This document shows, piece after piece, positions 42,101 to 54,435 of a DNA stretch of 64,000 nt. Numbering within the stretch: position 1 is the stretch's first letter; each line of letters opens with the position of its first letter. The stretch is from NCBI RefSeq assembly GCF_964355755.1, contig NC_092679.1, positions 12,321,432-12,385,431 on the forward strand. The letters run 5' to 3'. The position numbers were made by a program, and so were the translations under genes. Source of the DNA: Antedon mediterranea (Eukaryota > Animalia > Echinodermata). The notes under the pieces were generated by a model. The model was given only the letters and a program-made list of their open reading frames with translations, did no database searches and was not told the DNA's origin.

Positions 42101-43118
42101 TAATGATGTAATTTAATAAAAAATATTTATATTATTGAAATGAATTTCTAAATAAAAATACATTGTCAATTTAATTTTGTTGTTGTTATGTTTGGTTTAT
42201 TTTTTGCTATCCTATGTATTATGATAATTTTGCTATTCTATGTATTAGAATATTTATATATAACAGCATATCAAAATCTTTTAATAAAGAAACTAAACAA
42301 AATTTGTAAAAAGTATACATGAATGATTTGCATTTGTATAGAACGCCTTTGTCTTAAAATTCCGTCTCCACCCTGCTTTGACGTGATTTCTTTGTTTAAC
42401 ATACCTAGGTCTATTGTTCCATTGTGGCAGTCCAGCAAACACATAGTGGTTTTCTAATGTTAGTGTTTTGTTAATGTTTAGGTTCACTATAACCGTTATT
42501 TTATTACATTTCTATAACGTAAAAAGAAACATTCAGATAACGTTTTTAGGTTAGCATTTACAGGATACATAACGCTATAAAAACGGTACTTGAATTTTAA
42601 AACTATAAAAATCAGAAAAAAAATCAATAAAAACATTATTAGATAATGCCTCATTTCTATCATTTTATTATACATAACCCTAACCCTTTATTTGTTAATA
42701 CTGTACTAACTTAATTATTTAGATAGATTAGATAGATTTAGATACACAAAGGCGCTAGGCCGGCAAAAGTTATTAAAATATGTTTCAGAACACCAGGTTT
42801 ATTTCATTGGTACATTATATTTTATCAGTAAACCGTATATTAAATGCCTGGAATTGTTATCATTTTATTTTATTGATGATCCTCCTTTATCTGCAAAAAA
42901 ATAAAAACATTATTAGATAGATCTACATTGTTATATAATTATGTAAACATTTTGTATATTTTTAAGTTGTTGGAATTCGATCATGATTAAGTCAATTACA
43001 AGGCGGTAGACCGGGAACCAGTCAACTGACAGAAGAGGGCTCTCAATGTCATTTCTATTGACGTACCTGCACACAATATTCATAACCACACACCCCCACT
43101 TTAATAATGGAATAACCC
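39102..43118. mobile_element. Non-autonomous DNA transposon with ~790-bp TIRs (GGG...CCC termini, probable TA TSD) in the Gypsy leader
   Basis: 39102-39892 is the reverse complement of 42325-43118; junctions ta|gggttattcc ... ggaataaccc|ta. Confidence 0.85.
40405..41088 (-). mobile_element. Further HINE-like element (family E, subTIR AGGTGATCATTT) nested in the long-TIR element; carries an orphan A'-type 5' end
   Basis: ctagaatttaattcgtcactttgacgaattataggtgatcatttt on the left and taggtgatcattttattctaaatgatcaccta on the right. 40970-41032 matches 16684-16748. Confidence 0.8.
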
Positions 43119-43175
43119 TAAAAAAAAATTCTGGTATCAATTGAATACAGTCAAGTCCTCTGTAACGGTTCGAGC

Positions 43176-44150
43176 ATGGCTCAACGCGGCGGACAACAAC
43201 AACAGCAACAGGCCTCGTCATCGGAGCAGCCTAGAAGGGCAGGAACGGCGTATAAGGCAAACGTACCTGTGCCAAATAAATTAGAGTTACATACGGAGAG
43301 CTCCGAAATAGCTTGGAGAAAATTTAAAAGGCAGTGGGACAATTACGAAATTGCTTCTAGACTTAAAGATGAGTCAAATGCATACAGAGGGGCCGTATTA
43401 TTAGCGTGTATAGGCGAGGATGGTTTTGAGACATATGACGGACTTCACTTTGCAGAAGATGAAGACAGACATGACATTGATGTCATACTCAGAAAATTCA
43501 AAGATTACTGCATAGGTGACACAAATGAAATCTACGAAACATTCAAGTTCAACCAGCGGGCTCAACAGACGGCTGAAGGTATAGATGCCTATGTAACTGC
43601 ACTACGTAAGCTTGCCAAAACATGTAACTTTGTAAATAATGATAGAATGTTACGTGATAGAATAGTTAGTGGTGTCAAGGATGAGAAAATCCGACAGAAA
43701 TTATTAGCACAAAAAAACCTAACATTACAAACCTGTATCGATACATGCAGAGCACATGAAGCATCGCATTCTCAAGCAAGAGCGATGACCAGCCAGGCAT
43801 CAGTGTCGGTGGTGCAGCAGCAAAAGAAGAATAGTGATCCAAAGAAACGGTGTTACAGGTGTGATAGACAGCACAGTAAAAGTGAGATTTGTCCAGGCAA
43901 GTTGTCGAAAATGCACAAAAGTGGGACATTTTGCTGTAGTGTGCAGAAGTTCACATCCAAGTACCAGTAGTAAAAATGAAACACCAAAAAAATATGGTAG
44001 ACAAAAGAAAAGCTCACTGCGTCTATTACAGGAGGAAGAGCAACCTTCTGTTAATCAACCTCTTGCTGATCAATTCCTTGGGGCTGTGACACAAGAGAAG
44101 AGTGTGACTGATCCATGGTGCGTTGAAATAGAAATGGAAGACCAGCTAAT
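43176..44150 (+). pseudogene. gag: Gypsy gag (frameshift near 43895) with two zinc knuckles, running into the protease N-terminus
   Basis: W..FK..W.NY; LRDRIV.G; CYRC...H....CP and CRKCTKVGHFAVVC lie in different frames. Confidence 0.9.
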
Positions 44151-47100
44151 CACAGCTGTTTCAACCAATGTAAAATAAATAGAAAAAGTCAAGCGCCCTC
44201 AATATTGTCAGACGGCGATATGTGCCTGAGCGTGACGCCGCGCGAGTGGTTGAATCTCGTTCAACTTTCGCGACATTTGCAACTTTTATAACTACACTTT
44301 AAATTATTTTAATCAATTTCGTCATAAATATTATAAAACCATTTTTATACTATTTGTTAGAAAATAAGTTTTTTAATTACCGATTTTTTGGAAATAATAA
44401 GTAATTAAGCATAACACCAAGTTTACGAAATTATTTACACCCGGAAGTTTTAAAAATTAACATCGATCGGCCTAGCAAATGTAAACAATGGAAAGTTTGA
44501 AAAAATGCTTGTCAAATTGTACACTTTTTGTTTTTATTCGTAATTTTCATAAATACTTGGAAAATCTAGGTAAAAGTTTGATTATATATGCTTACACGAG
44601 ACATTGAATTGTTAGGAGGTGACGGTGAAAATCTCAAGAAATTTTCATTGAAAAACTCGACTGTTTTGTTAAATGCGAAACAGCGTATTTGGCGAGAGGT
44701 CGATGAACGCGTCTGATAACCGCTCGCTAGGCTGTACGCAGCTAGGCCTAGGTTGTAGCTAGGCCTAGTTGGTACGTATAAGTAGTGGAATCATGCTATA
44801 CATCATTTTAATTTACAATAGATTAAATAATAAGCTTAATTATTATCATTGTATTTATTTCAACTGAATATAATTCATCATAAATGTAAATATTTAGTAA
44901 AACTACTAACTACCAGGCCTAGGCTAGGCCCTTAAAATTAAAGCCTATACAAAAATACTCAAACTACTGTATGATAAATATAATATAAAATTAAAGGTTG
45001 GTAAAATTAACATTTCTTTTCATTTTTGTAGGCAACACAGTTTCACGAAAAGGCTTTACGTTCTACTTGCTTTTGTTGTGGAACAAAATTTAAAGAAAAA
45101 GATAAAAAATACAATTTTTAAAATATGAAAAGCCGTCACAAATTTGCACTAAATCTAACAAATGTAAAATCACAACCTATATACATTTGTACAACCTGCC
45201 ATTCACGAATTTGCAATGGATACTGTATACTACCACGCTAACATTTAAATTAACAGGGCATGGACCAAATTGCTTGGCATGCTACACCAACAACTTACAA
45301 CAACTATGACCTGGGCAAAAACTACATTCACAAGTGAAAGAACACACTGGCGTTTAAGGGAACAGTTTTTTTATTTGGTACAGCTGCTCCATGATCTGCT
45401 TTTCTTCCTTATATCTTCACTCTTTTTGAAAGTTTATACTAACAAATTTATTTAAATGAACATACCTCATAATCAAATAACTGTTTTCTCATCCTAATTT
45501 ATATACATAGTTTAAAAACTGCCAATTTTCAATTAAGATTACATCATACATTGTACATTTCTATTCAACAAAATTGTCAGAACTTTCTATTATTTAAATG
45601 TGTAAGATAGTCAGGTCTCGGGTCCATTCTACAGTCACCACAGATTGACTTTTTCATCACAAAATTTCTGAAATTATAAAATGTATTAATGTGTAAATTA
45701 AGTATTTTTTTAATTACATAAAAAATATGATACAAGTATTTTTAGCAGAATACAGGCATATTGCACCAGGTGTAATACAGCCTAAGCTACATATGCTTGA
45801 GCACCATGCTATTGCATTCATGAGAGAATGGAAGGTGGTCTCTGAACAAGGCGGGGAGCTAATACATGCCAAACTCAACCGTCACAAAACAGCAGTGTGG
45901 ATTAGAGTCAAACTTAGACTCATCTGATTTTCACATCTCCAATGATACAAAATGAAATAATAAAACCAAACAAATGCAAGAAAGCCAACAAAAAATGATT
46001 CATTAACATTAATGATCATAAAATATTGTACATTTTTAAATGTTAAAGGAATATTGCATTGTATTGATTTCCTATTAACAATGCCTTATGATAATGAACA
46101 TGTAAAAGTAATACTATAGTATGTCTATATTTCAATTACCAACTAATTACTATTGATTGATAGTACTACTGCTGTACTGTACATGTGTTAGTGATTGATT
46201 GTTAAAGTTACAAATTCATAGCATGGTAAACACAATTTAAAATTTACTAGTTCTTGAACAGTAAAATAAACTTACCTATATAGATGATAGGTATTGGTCC
46301 AAATCTGTTTAAAATGTTTTAGCCATTTTGGGTTGCCGCTATACTATATTATTATGTACCTAAAAAATATTAATAGTAATAGTATAACATTATAATAAGA
46401 ATTAATTAAAATTAACTTATTATATTTACTATGGTTGCATACACACTAATTTGAATATGCAGTGATGAGCAAAAACAAATGTTAAAATTCATTATTTATA
46501 ATAATTGTAATTATTACATACAGGGTAGGCATATATGCCTTATGTCATTGCATAGGGTATATATAACCAGGTATCCTCATAATAAACATTATTTGTAATA
46601 AATACTGTAAATATATTAAAAATAAAAATTAATAATAGCCTCTAGGCCTAATTAGGTAGCCTACTAATACCTAGCCTATTGCTCTAGGCTAGGCTAAATA
46701 AGCTGGAAAGCTGCTTCTCTTAGGCTGCTAGTGCAAGAGAGCACAGGTCTAGCTAGTATATTAAAATAAAAATAGGGCCTAGCCTAGCCTAGCCCAGCCA
46801 GTGGTAGTGATTGGTTGTTAATATTGAAAATTAATAGCATGGTAAACACAATTTAAAATTGACTAGTTCTTGAACAGTAAAATAAACTTGCCTATAATAT
46901 AGATGGTAGGTATAGGTATTGGTCCAAATCTGTTTAAAATGATTTTTCCACTTCGGGTTGCCGCTATGTACCTAAAAAATAGTAAAACATTACTATAAGA
47001 ATTAATTAAAATTAGCTTATTAAATTTAATATGGTTGCATACATACTAATTTGAATATGCAGTGATGAGCAAAAACGAATGTTAAAATTCATTATTTATA

Positions 47101-49364
47101 ATAATTGTAATTATTACATACAGGGTAGGCATATATGCCTTATGTCATTGCATAGGGTATATATAACCAGGTATTCTCATAATAAACATTATTTAAATAA
47201 AATAAATAAATATATTAAAACTAAAATTAATAATAATTAAATAATAATATATAGGCGTAGAGCCTAGACCTAATTAGGTAGTCTACTTATACCTAGCCTA
47301 TTGCTCTAGGCTAGGCTAAATAAGCTGGAAAGCTGCTTCTCTGTAGGCTGCTAGTGTTAGAGAGCACAGGTCTAGCTAGTATATTAAAATAAAAATAGGG
47401 CCTATAATATAGGCCTAGCCTACCCAGCCACTGGTAGTGATTGATTGTTAATATTGAAAATTAATAGCATGGGTAAACACAATTTAAAATTTACTAGTTC
47501 TTGAGCAGTAAAATAAACTTACCTACTGTATATAGATGGTAGGCTGCTAGGTATTGGTCCAAATCTGTTTAAAATGTTTTTGCCACTTCGGGTTGCCGCT
47601 ATGTACCTACAAAATAGTAAAACATTATTATAAGAATTACTTAAAATTAGCTTATTAAATTTAATATGGTTGCATACATACTAATTTGAATATGCAGTGA
47701 TGAGCAAAAATGAATGTTAAAATTCATTATTTATAATAATTGTAATTATTACATACAGGGAAGGCATATATATGCCTTATGTCATTGCATAGGGTATATA
47801 TAACCAGGTATTCTCATAAGAAACATTATTTAAATAAATACTGTAAATATATTAAATTAAAATTAATAATAATTAAATAATAATATATAGGCGTAGAGCC
47901 TAGACCTAATTAGGTAGTCTACTTATACCTAGCCTAATTGCTCTAGGCTAGGCTAAATAAGCTGGAAAGCTGCTTCTCTGTAGGCTGCTGCTAGTGATAG
48001 AGAGCACAGGTCTAGCTAGTATATTAACATAAAAATAGGGCCTATCATATAGGCCTAGCCTACCCAGCCAGAGGTAGTGATTGATTGTTAATATTGAAAA
48101 TTAATAGCATGGTAAACACAATTTAATATTTGCTACTTCTTGAACAGCAAAATAATCTTACCTATATAGATGGTAGGTAATGGTCCAAATCTGCTTAGCC
48201 ACTTCAGGTTACTGCTCTATATATGTAGGCTACCTACAATAGTGTATAACATTAATAATTATTATAACAATTTTATAAAATTAACTTAACTTATTAAATT
48301 TAATATGATTGCATACTAATTTGAATATGCAGTGATGAGCAAAACCGAATGTTAATATGATGCTTGTCATTATTTATATTGTAATTATTACATACAGGGT
48401 AGGCCTATAGTATTCCCTATGTCATTGCATACATGGTATATATAATCCTCATAATATTAAATTTACAGTTTTTGTAATGAATACTGTAAATTTATTAAAA
48501 CTAAAATTAATTATACTGATTAAATAATATTAAAAATATATAGGCCTAGGCCTAGGCGTAGATCCTGGGCCTAATTTTAATTAGGTAGCCTACTAATACC
48601 TATTAGGCTAGTAGTAGGCTAGCCTACTCAAGGCCAGGCTAACTAAGCCGGAAAGCTGCTTCTCTGTAGTAGGCTGCTAGAGAGCACAGGTCTAGCTAGG
48701 GCCTAGGCCTAGTATTAAAATAAAAATAGGGCCTATAATATTGGTATATGCCTACCCTACCCAGCCAGGCCTAAATAATTAATATAATGTAACATTTCCA
48801 AACTCATTTGGGTCAGCTGTCACATGAAAGGCAGTGTTGCAACTAGAGTAGACACAAGCCTAAGCCTAAAAATGACACAATTTGAAACGGCCATAGCTCA
48901 AAAATTCAACCATCACCTCTCGACCATTACTATGTTATAACATTCACAGATAACTAAATTATCATGCAGTACCAAAGAATTAGAGTGAAAATTACATTTT
49001 TTAAAGATACGGACAAACAAACATGTACCAAATTTGGAAATGTCACTCACGTGCGTAAATTGGTATATGCTTGTATTTTATGGTCCACCCTTCCATTAAT
49101 TTTCAGCGTTACATTCCTTGTAAAAAACAAAACGACAACGTGCTTGTTTCATCCAGGGACTCTTTAATGAATATTCATATTTTTAGCGACCCTTTATTTT
49201 TTTATCTCATTCTCATTGGCTGTTTAAAACATGTCTTTAAATGACGTTTGACTCCACTCTGCACACGTGGATTTGTAAGTAATTGTTTATGTATTGTTAC
49301 TCCAGCGATACGACTTGTAACGTTGAGGGCGCATGACTTAATTCGTATGTTTGAAACAGCTGTG
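44151..49364 (+). mobile_element. Internally deleted Chapaev-type (CMC superfamily) DNA transposon
   Basis: 14-bp TIR CACAGCTGTTTCAA; 4-bp TSD TAAT; removal restores the in-frame EDQL-MNFKIDTGA. Remnants FHEKALRSTCFCCG..QPIYICTTC (from 45032) and PKLHMLEHH..SEQGGELIH (45727-45927). Confidence 0.85.
46189..48767. repeat. Four diverged tandem copies of a ~620-690 bp unit inside the Chapaev element
   Basis: Units begin tagtgattg at 46189, 46805, 47435 and 48075; they share gaatatgcagtgatgagcaaaa and gagcacaggtctagctag. Confidence 0.9.
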
Positions 49365-49366
49365 TA

Positions 49367-52300
49367 ATGAATTTTAAAATAGACACGGGAGCTGATGTAA
49401 CTGTCATAGACACTGCAAACATACCGAAAGGGAAATATCCCCTTTGCAAAGCTGATCGAAAGTTATATGGTCCGGGTAGAAACTTAATCCCAGTACTTGG
49501 AAAGTTCACAGCTAAGTTGAAACTCAAACAACAAAATACTGAGAGTATACAGGAGGTATACGTTGTAGAAAAACTGGAACAATCTTTGCTAGGGAGACCG
49601 GCTATTGAAGCCATGAAGTTAATTTATAAGGTTAATACTGTCAATGTAATATCAGACAAGTACTACAGACAGAATCATCCTAAGTTGTTCAAAGGATTGG
49701 GTAAACTGAAGGATACTTATAAAATCAGGCTGAGTCAAGACGCAAAGCCATTTGCCGTTTGTGCACCAAGAAGGGTACCAATACCACTGCAACAAAAGGT
49801 AGAAAAGGAACTACTGTACATCGATTGCAGAATTTAGACGTCATTAGACCGGTCACAACACCAACAGATTGGTGTGCACCAATTGTAGTAGTTCCTAAGC
49901 CAAGAAATGACACAGTCAGACTTTGTGTTGACCTAACCAAACTAAACGAGAGTGTGAAAAGGGAAAATTACCCTCTGCCGTCAACTGATCAATTGTTAGC
50001 CCAGTTGAAGGGTGCGAAGTTTTTTACCAAGCTCGATTGTAATAGTGGGTTTTACCAGGTCCCATTAGACGCAGAGTCACAAGAGTTGACTACATTTATT
50101 ACGCCATTCGGGCGTTTTTGTTTTAAAAGATTACCTTTTGGAATTTCGTCGGGTCCAGAAATTTTTCACCGAATCATGGCACAGATGCTATCAGGGATTC
50201 CGGGTGTGATTTGTGACATCGACGATGATTTGTGACATCGACGATGTTTTGATATCAGGTCAAAGTGAACAGGAACATGATGACAGAGTACACAAGGTTC
50301 TACTAAAAATGGAATCGGCTGGAATCACGCTGAATGAAAAATGTGAATTCAAACTCACGAGTATTAAGTTTTTAGGTCATGTTCTGTCAGCACAGGGAGT
50401 ACAGATGGATCCTAACAAGGTGGAAGCTATACAAAAATTCCCAAGACCAACCAATGTCCCAGAACTACGTAGATTAATGGGATTGGTTAATTTTGTTAGG
50501 AAATTCTCCCCAGATCTAGCAGATGAAACAAAGCCGATGCGTGATCTACTTAAGAAAGAGACAAAGTGGATGTGGGACGTGATGCAGGAGCAAGCTTTTA
50601 CTAAACTGAAAAAGAAGCTGTGCTCACCACCAGTACTAGCTCACTATAGTCCACATCTACCTACTAAAGTTTCTGCTGATGCATCATCATATGGACTTAG
50701 GGCAGTGTTGCTGCAAGAAACAGAGATGTGCTGGCGACCAGTCTTTTATGCTTCGAGATCGATGACCACAACAGAGCAGCGATATGCACAAGTTGAAAAA
50801 GAAGCTTTGGCTGCTACTTGGGCTTGTGAAAAATTTGCAGATTTCTTAGTTGGCTTACCAACGTTCACTATAGAAACAGATCATCGCCCATTACTTGCAC
50901 TTTTGAAGACAAAGGCTATTGATGAGCTTACACCGAGAATCCAAAGATTTCGTATGAGATTAATGAGATATACATATCAGATGAAATACACAGCTGGAAA
51001 AGACTTGACTACAGCTGATGCGCTTTCTCGAGCTCCAGTGGGACTTCCAGATAAAAGTGAAGTTGAGTTGGCGGAGTCGACAGCTGCATTTGTGCATGAA
51101 GTAGTTGATGCATTAACAGCAACAACACAGAAATTAAACAAGATTAAAGAGGCACAAATGGCTGATCCCGAATGCACACAGGTGATAAAATTTACCAAGG
51201 AGGGATGGCCTAGGCAAGGAAGAATCGACTCCAATCTTATTCCGTACTATCAAATCCGAGATGACCTTACAGTATTAGATGGATTGTTAATGTTTGGCAC
51301 CAGACTTGTAATCCCGGATCCTCTAAGAGGTGACATCTTAAGTCGTATACATGCAGGACATCAAGGGATCGTAAAATGCAGAGCTCTAGCTAAAATATCG
51401 GTTTGGTGGCCAGGGATTAGTAAGACAATCCAGAATCTAGTAGACAAGTGTACAGTATGTGAAAAAGAAAAACGACAGCGACCAGAACCGTTGCAGCCAA
51501 GTAAAGTTCCAGAATACCCATGGCAGCATTTGGCTATGGATCTTTTTGAGTGGAATGGACGTAATTACTTGCTTGTCGTAGACTATTTTTCTAGATTTAT
51601 AGAAATTGCATACCTTAAGTCATCCACCTCATCAGAAACAGTTATTGAACATTTAAAGAGCATATTTGCTAGACATGGAGTGCCAGAAAAGGTTAGATCA
51701 GACAATGGCCCTCAATTTTCATCATATAGTTTTGCTCGATTTGCAGACAATTATGGATTTTACCATGAATGTAGCAGTCCATACTTCCCACAAAGTAATG
51801 GAGAAGCCGAAAGGGCGGTTCAGACAATCAAGAACTTGCTGAAAAAAGCGGATGATCCATATATGGCATTGTTAAATTACAGGGCAACACCATTACAATC
51901 AGGATTTAGTCCAGCTGAGATGTTAATAGGAAGGAAAATACGAACAAGAGTTCCTATTGTGACCAACAGCTTGACACCAGACTGGCCTCAATTCGACAAA
52001 ATGATTGCAACAGACCAATCAAGAAAAGAGAAAATGAAAATGTCATTTGATAAAAAGCATAGAGCAAAAGAACTATCAAACTTACCTGTGGGAGAGAAAG
52101 TGTGGATAACACACCCAATGGAACGAAGTGGTACCGTACATCGTAGAGTTGCACCAAGATCATATGAGATCCAAACTTCAACAGGAGTTACAAGGCGAAA
52201 TCGAAAACACCTTAGTAGACGGTCAGAGTTGTATCCTCCGAGGATGCATCCAATACGGGAGGGATCGACCTTGCCCCCGGTGGCAGGTCAAAATAACAAT

Positions 52301-52423
52301 GATTTTGATTGCTTTACAGATACTGGTACTGAACAGATAGAAGGTCCTCAACTTAACCACAATCAACAATATAAGACCAGAAGTGGGCGACTAATCAAGC
52401 CCCCAGAAAAATTGGATTTGTAA
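49367..52423 (+). pseudogene. pol: Gypsy pol (protease, RT, RNase H, integrase) with two frameshifts
   Basis: DTGA; RLCVDL..LN; LPFG; CDIDD; ADASSYG; ETDHRPL; H..H..C..C; SDNGPQF; SNGEAER. Frameshifts come from a 5-bp insertion at about 49814 and a 19-bp duplication at 50208-50245. Confidence 0.95.
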
Positions 52424-52630
52424 ATTATGCAACAATGATTAAACTTAAATTGTTAACTACGAAAAATCAGATGACTTGTTTATAATGCATATAACGGATG
52501 TATGACGTTAATTGTTTAGTTGGTGTTATAATTTTAAAAGGACAAAAGAAGACGCATGTTTGGTGTTTAAACTTCTATAAGAATATTTATTTAAAACCTT
52601 GTTGTACAAGTTCCTCCAGAGAAAGGGAGA

Positions 52631-52790
52631 TGTGATGTTGAGTTGTATTTAGGCTATAGCGCCATCTATAGACGAATGTCAAATAAATAGGTTGTTGGCC
52701 TAGCGATGTAAAACGTGTACATGTGCGTATTTATTGTTGTACTAAAACATCATTATAAAGCCTTCCAGCGTCCAGTGAGAGACGTTCACA
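52631..52790 (+). repeat. 3' LTR (160 bp)
   Basis: Identical by eye to 38879-39038; preceded by the PPT and followed by the TSD. Confidence 0.96.
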
Positions 52791-54235
52791 CAACGCACGT
52801 CCATAACCCATATATAAATCATTATCATTCATTTCTGGTTTCGTCATGCTTCATGCGTAATCATAATATAGGTAGAGAAATATAATGATTTTTAATGTTT
52901 TCTGCATGAGAAGAATAATAGTACTGTAGGCAGAGTGACGGAGATACGATAGGCCTACAGTAATTGAATCATACCTCAACAGAATTCATATAACAGGTAT
53001 GTTGCATTGTAACCATACATTTTCAAAAGTAATGTTTCCTCACATCGTGGTAAAGTACGACCGAGCTATAGCATTGTGAGGTCCATAATTGTAAAAAGTA
53101 AAATTGCTGGAAATTGTCAAAAATGGCCGACACTGCATTGATAGTATTGAGTAAAGAGCTGCTGATTGCTGATTGATTGATTTTATAGAAATTATATACG
53201 TTATAAAAGTGTTATTAATGTTAATAAACTAAAACTAATAAACAACAATAACCTCTCGTTACACTATATGTTCAATTACCCTCTAGCAATGTGTTGCAAT
53301 TCATATGATCATGGAGAAATAATTTCCCCATGATATATGATAAAGAGGACCACAATACAATTCATTGTACACAGTTGTAGGTTGCGAATCGATTTCCTGT
53401 TCAATGCTGGATCCAATCGGAATGTGCCATGTGACCGAAATAAAATAACAATTACCAATTTTAAAATTGAATGAATTGAATTTACCACACCAAATTCAAA
53501 TGAGATCGCGATTTGAAATTAGATAAAGCTAATAGAGATAAAAGTTTTGGAAGACATAATGCCGAAAATGTTTGTGACTACATTTTTTAAATACATTGTG
53601 GCATAATTAGCTTAACTTCTCAAATTATAAATTCTTATTTGCGTAATTTGGTGCAACACATATCTAAATGACATCACAGTATCTTACTACAGAAAAAAGC
53701 ACTGCGGGCAATGACATGGCTTAAATACAATAATTCTGTTACAGGTAGGCTACCTTTCGAATATAGACTACTTAAAGTAGGAATAATAATGTATTATGTT
53801 GTAAACAATATGAATCCACGACTTGTAAACCTCTTTAAATATGGATACAACACACAATTACAATACTAAAAGAAGCAACTCTTACAACCACAAAGACGCG
53901 GACGCTTACACTGCGCCGGACGCGATTTTTTTTTCGTACATAAGTAATAATAAACATGAATAATTCATTAGTTGTTCACAATTCACGTGATTGCCTTCGC
54001 GTACTCTTCTTCACACACACCACCATCCACCATGCATATTACTTCTAGGCCTTATATTAGCTAGCTCTCTCTCTCTCTCGCTCTTCTGCCTGTTCGTTCA
54101 AAAGAAGAACGGTTGCTGTTACACATCTTTCTGCGTATATGAACACATGAGATGGAAAGATTAGACCTACGAGAATAAAGAATGTATATCATTTGTGGTG
54201 TTTCGAAACTAGAGACCCGAGACCAGAGACCCGAG

Positions 54236-54435
54236 ACCCAATACGAAAAGGGAGACCCCACTATACGAAAAGGGAGACCCAAATATACGAAAAGGGAGAC
54301 CCAAATATACGAAAAGGGAGACCTAAATATACGAAAAGGGAGACCCAAATATACGAAAAGGGAGACCCAAATATACGAAAATGGAAACCCAATTATACGA
54401 AAAGGGAGACCCAAATATACGAAAATAGAAACCTA
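54236..54435. repeat. 22-bp minisatellite (aaatatacgaaaagggagaccc), about 9 copies
   Basis: Direct tandem repeats, preceded by short gagaccc repeats. Confidence 0.92.

Larger units (their letters stand above)
38879..52790 (+). mobile_element. Ty3/Gypsy LTR retrotransposon (Mag-like), about 4.7 kb once two nested insertions are removed
   Basis: TG...CA LTRs; 5-bp TSD CAACG (38874-38878, 52791-52795); PBS TGGTGTCAGAAGT at 39039; polypurine tract agagaaagggaga before the 3' LTR; gag-PR-RT-RH-IN order. Confidence 0.97.

Noticed and set aside
38963-43221. Duplicated ORFs on opposite strands (38963-39289/42931-43221, 39775-39981/42293-42487)
   Set aside because: A consequence of the long inverted repeats; no coding evidence.
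44151-49364. ProtoRAG/Transib element
   Set aside because: The TSD is 4 bp, not 5; no RAG2-like sequence was seen; remnant motifs fit Chapaev better.
49759-50245. Programmed ribosomal frameshifts in pol
   Set aside because: Both shifts are explained by lesions (5-bp footprint, 19-bp duplication), and no slippery site is evident.
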